Of a stretch of 64,000 bases of DNA, positions 60,872-64,000 are shown in pieces (positions within the stretch are counted from its first letter, which is position 1; every line of letters begins with the position of its first letter). The stretch covers positions 43,766-107,765 of the forward strand of contig CACBDV010000001.1 in assembly GCA_902538085.1 (NCBI GenBank), read 5' to 3'. Made by a program: the position numbers and the translations under genes. The notes under the pieces are model-generated. The model ran no database searches. It saw only the letters and a program-made list of their open reading frames with translations, and was not told the origin of the DNA. Source of the stretch: an uncultured Alphaproteobacteria bacterium. Its GTDB lineage: Bacteria > Pseudomonadota > Alphaproteobacteria > HIMB59.

Positions 60872-61535
60872 ATTTTCTTCTTATAATTAACAGCATAACG
60901 ATACTTGACAAGCTAAGCAAAAACCAAGTTATTGAATAATTCAAATGATTATTTCTCAAAAATACAAGAGGATTAAAGGTATATTTAGATACCCTATCAT
61001 CTAGCAGAACAAAATAATATTTGGATAGGAATGTATATTGATAAAACTGACTAAAATCAGTTTTATTAACAGAGTACCAAGTATTATTGGATAAATCATT
61101 CTCTGGGGTAAAAAAAGGTTTATCTGAATTAAAGTCTCTTATGTATACCTTAGGGTTGTCGATTGATTGATATCTTTGAATGATATTTTGAACTTGATCT
61201 ACATCTTTGTCTAAAAACCATCCAAAATTAATGACACTATATATACTATTTTTGTACTTTACCGGAAGTATTAGGTGATAACCTGGTTTTCCTTTAAATG
61301 TTTTTGACTCTAAATAAATTGGTTTGTTTAGAATTGTATAATTATCATCTAATTTTACTGTAACTAAATTATTGTAATTCAGATCATCTGAAAACAAAGT
61401 GGGATTGAGAATTGAATTACGAATATTATCCATTAAATCATTTTTCCAATTTAGTCGGTAAAGTTGCCACGAACCTAAGATAAAGGTTAAAATAGAAATT
61501 CCTATAAATACAAATGTTAATGATGACTTATTCAT
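60864..61535 (-). CDS. surf1: SURF1 family cytochrome oxidase biogenesis protein
   Basis: LGSWQLYRLNWK, NNHLNYSITWF; cox operon position. Confidence 0.92.
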   Translation of the reverse strand: MNKSSLTFVFIGISILTFILGSWQLYRLNWKNDLMDNIRNSILNPTLFSDDLNYNNLVTVKLDDNYTILNKPIYLESKTFKGKPGYHLILPVKYKNSIYSVINFGWFLDKDVDQVQNIIQRYQSIDNPKVYIRDFNSDKPFFTPENDLSNNTWYSVNKTDFSQFYQYTFLSKYYFVLLDDRVSKYTFNPLVFLRNNHLNYSITWFLLSLSSIVMLLIIRRKYE

Positions 61536-61578
61536 AAATAAAAATTTAGTTTAAATGTAAAAGATAAAAATCTTTGGA

Positions 61579-62421
61579 TTATCTTCCCCACCAATAGATA
61601 CTTATGTATAAAAACAACCAAACAACATCAACAAAATGCCAATACCATGCAGCTGCTTCAAAACCAAAATGTCTTTTTGGGGTTAAATGACCTTTTCTTA
61701 TTCTCAATAAACAGACTAATAAAAACAAAGTACCTATTAATACATGAAAGCCGTGAAAACCGGTTGCCATGAAAAAAGTTGAAGGATATATACCTTCAGT
61801 AAAACCAAAAGTTGCATGTTGGTATTCATATATTTGTAAAAGTGAAAATATGAAACCTAAAAAAACCGTGTAATATAATCCTTTAAGAGCCTCTTTATTA
61901 TTACCCTCTCTTAATTCATGGTGTGCCCATGTACAAGTAGTGCCTGATAAAAGTAAAATTAAGGTATTTAAATATGGGATGTCTAGTGGGTCAAAAGTTT
62001 CAATTCCTTTTGGGGGCCAAACTCCTATTCCAAGAGAGCCTGTGAAAACTTCTTTGTACTCAGCTAAAAATGTTTTAGGTAATAGACTTGCATCGAAAAA
62101 AGCCCAAAAGAAAGCGACAAAAAACATAACTTCTGATGTGATGAACAGAGCCATACCCCACCTAAGACCAATCTCAGTGATTGAATTATGTACTTTCAAA
62201 AAAGTACTCTCTTTTATTATGTCTCGCCACCACATAAACATAGTAAAAAGTATTAGAACAAGACCTGCCAACATAGGCCATAGCATCTCATAGTGCATAT
62301 ACAAAATAGCTCCTGAAACTAGAAAAAGAGCTGAAAAAGCACCAACTAATGGCCAGGGACTGGGATTTACAAGATGAAATTTATGTTTCTTTTCAGAGTC
62401 TTTAAATACTAAATCAACCAT
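61579..62421 (-). CDS. ctaE: cytochrome c oxidase subunit III
   Basis: FHLVNPSPWP, SEVMFF, ATGFHGFHV, AAWYWHFVDVVW. Confidence 0.98.
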   Translation of the reverse strand: MVDLVFKDSEKKHKFHLVNPSPWPLVGAFSALFLVSGAILYMHYEMLWPMLAGLVLILFTMFMWWRDIIKESTFLKVHNSITEIGLRWGMALFITSEVMFFVAFFWAFFDASLLPKTFLAEYKEVFTGSLGIGVWPPKGIETFDPLDIPYLNTLILLLSGTTCTWAHHELREGNNKEALKGLYYTVFLGFIFSLLQIYEYQHATFGFTEGIYPSTFFMATGFHGFHVLIGTLFLLVCLLRIRKGHLTPKRHFGFEAAAWYWHFVDVVWLFLYISIYWWGR

Positions 62422-62433
62422 CTAAACAATATT

Positions 62434-62970
62434 TCATTCTTTTTTCTCAAAAAAGGTATATGACAAAGTGACATTCTTCGTCCTACTTGCCTCGGGATCG
62501 TCAAGTATCAATGGATCTAAGTAGAAAGTGACAGGAAACTCAACAACTTGATTTGGTTTTATGGTTTGATCAATAAAGCAAAAGCATTCAATCTTATATA
62601 GGTATGGGCCAATTTTAGGTGGTAAAATGTTAAATATAGACGTACCTGTTGTGCTAACATTAGTATTGTTTTTAGCTTTAAAAACAACATCATACTTTAC
62701 ACCCTCTGTAATAATCATTTTTTGAGGAGCTTCGAACATCCAGTCCAAACCTTCATTTACCTGAGCTGAAAATATAACTTTTATATCAAGTTCCCCCGAG
62801 TTGATATTTTGGTGTTGTTCTTGAATTTTAACTTCTTTGTTAAAACCTTGAAATCCAGTTAGGTCACAAAAAAGCTTATATAGTGGCACAGAAAAAATTA
62901 CTAGACTTAGCATAAATCCAAGTATCAACATTAAAAAAATTAATGTTTTGTTTTTATTTGATACGTTCAA
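62434..62970 (-). CDS. ctaG: cytochrome c oxidase assembly protein Cox11/CtaG
   Basis: VPLYKLFC, KIECFCF, TLSYTFF. Confidence 0.96.
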   Translation of the reverse strand: MNVSNKNKTLIFLMLILGFMLSLVIFSVPLYKLFCDLTGFQGFNKEVKIQEQHQNINSGELDIKVIFSAQVNEGLDWMFEAPQKMIITEGVKYDVVFKAKNNTNVSTTGTSIFNILPPKIGPYLYKIECFCFIDQTIKPNQVVEFPVTFYLDPLILDDPEASRTKNVTLSYTFFEKKE

Positions 62971-63068
62971 ATACCAGATTTAATTCTAAATATTGTAATA
63001 AAATAAAATGCTGTTACGAGCATGAAAAGTAAAGCCAAGACTAATAAATTTTTATTTTTTCTTTTCAT
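62967..63068 (-). CDS. 33-aa single-TM protein between ctaB and ctaG (CoxF-like), absent from the ORF track
   Basis: MKRKNKNLLVLALLFMLVTAFYFITIFRIKSGI; ATG overlaps the ctaB stop (TAATG) and TGA overlaps the ctaG TTG start. Confidence 0.75.
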   Translation of the reverse strand: MKRKNKNLLVLALLFMLVTAFYFITIFRIKSGI

Positions 63069-63994
63069 TAGAATAAATATTTATCAATAACTGTTAAAGT
63101 GAAAATAAGAAACAGATACACAATTGAATATCCAAAAAGTTTAATTGATTCTTTCTTAGTATTTTGTGACTTATTAAGTTTAAAAAGTTTGTAAATAAAA
63201 TATGCATTGAGAAGATTGGAGCCTAAAAAAAAGCTCATTCCAGCGTATTTAAAGAAATATAAAGAGTTTACTGATGCAACCATTAAAAGAGTATAAATAT
63301 TCATCATAAAAATTGTTTTTTTTATGCCGTGTTTAACGGGGTACATCGGTATATCAGCGTCAGAGTAATCTTGGTTTCTAAATATAGCTAATGCCCAAGA
63401 GTGTGGAGGTGTCCATAAAAATATTATTAAGCATAATATTAACGGGTAGAAAATTTGTTCACTTGAAATACTTATCCATGCAATCACTGGAGGGAGAGCA
63501 CCTGCTAAACCGCCAATTACTATATTCTGTGCAGTTTTGTGCTTCAGATACATTGTATAAAAAACAGAGTAATAAAGAATTGTAAATGCTAATAAGATTG
63601 AGGCCTTAATATTTCCAAAGAAAAATAAACCTACTACAGAAAAAAAAGAAAAAATTAATCCAATACCCAGTGCTGTATTTGCTGAGATATTTCCTGAAGG
63701 AATAGGTCTAAACTTTGTTCTATCCATTTTAGAGTCAATTATTCGATCAAACCACATGTTTAAAATAGCTGAACCAGATGCTCCCATTGCTATAAGGGTA
63801 AGAGTCATTCCTTTTATAAATAAACTTTTATCAGATGGGGCTAATAACATCGCACATAAAGCCGTAAATATTACAAGAGAGATTACACCAGGTTTAATTA
63901 GTACATAAAGTTGTTTTAAAAAATTAACAACTTGCAAAAAGAACAGGTTTTGTTCTGTCTGTACAAAAGTTTGATGATGCTTTTTTTCTAACAC
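63068..63994 (-). CDS. ctaB: protoheme IX farnesyltransferase (heme o synthase)
   Basis: NMWFDRIIDSKMDRTKFRP, QNIVIGGLAGALPP, WTPPH. Confidence 0.96.
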   Translation of the reverse strand: MLEKKHHQTFVQTEQNLFFLQVVNFLKQLYVLIKPGVISLVIFTALCAMLLAPSDKSLFIKGMTLTLIAMGASGSAILNMWFDRIIDSKMDRTKFRPIPSGNISANTALGIGLIFSFFSVVGLFFFGNIKASILLAFTILYYSVFYTMYLKHKTAQNIVIGGLAGALPPVIAWISISSEQIFYPLILCLIIFLWTPPHSWALAIFRNQDYSDADIPMYPVKHGIKKTIFMMNIYTLLMVASVNSLYFFKYAGMSFFLGSNLLNAYFIYKLFKLNKSQNTKKESIKLFGYSIVYLFLIFTLTVIDKYLF

Positions 63995-64000
63995 AAATTA

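Noticed and set aside
61560-61575. AAAGAT-AAAA-ATCTTT hairpin after ctaE as a terminator
   Set aside because: Stem is too weak, with a single G-C pair
666-63585. About 30 short ORFs in the track nested in or antisense to real genes (e.g. 1305-1538, 21026-21334, 33023-33343, 52655-53002, 54936-55289, 61940-62293)
   Set aside because: Shadow frames of well-supported genes with no recognisable motifs
1-64000. CRISPR array, prophage, IS, integrase, rRNA, riboswitch or defence island
   Set aside because: No spaced direct repeats, no mobile-element proteins, no compositional island, and intergenic gaps are too short

Overview
AT-rich (roughly 27-29% GC by eye), very compact core-genome segment of a streamlined alphaproteobacterium. 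A SAR11/HIMB59-like marine lineage is inferred from gene content and order, not from a marker search. About 70 housekeeping CDS cover nearly the whole window: split transhydrogenase pntAa/Ab/B, pyk, uvrB/uvrC, gshAB, htpG, moaBDE, lgt-prs-rplY-pth-ychF, petABC, ispE, rnhB-ccrM, mutY, dciA-dsbA-smc-atpIBEGF, thrB-rnhA and the distal cox operon, plus tRNA-Gln(UUG). No phage, IS element, CRISPR array, rRNA or accessory island is visible, and I did not find a new multi-gene system. The strongest unexplained signal is a motif skew: GAWTC is scarce while GASTC is common, with Glu-Ser and Asp-Ser repeatedly written GAG-TCN and GAC-TCN against the AT bias. The window also holds a divergent ccrM whose leader keeps two GATTC sites, suggesting a CcrM variant narrowed from GANTC to GAWTC. 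Secondary observations: an apparently dead family-4 uracil-DNA glycosylase, eroded MutY and UvrC C-termini, a truncated CCA-adding enzyme, a short SMC, a ubiK-like relic, an internally repeated AsmA-like protein, two small ORFs missed by the ORF track, and convergent gene junctions with no room for terminators. Motif counts are approximate hand counts, and comparisons with canonical proteins are from memory.
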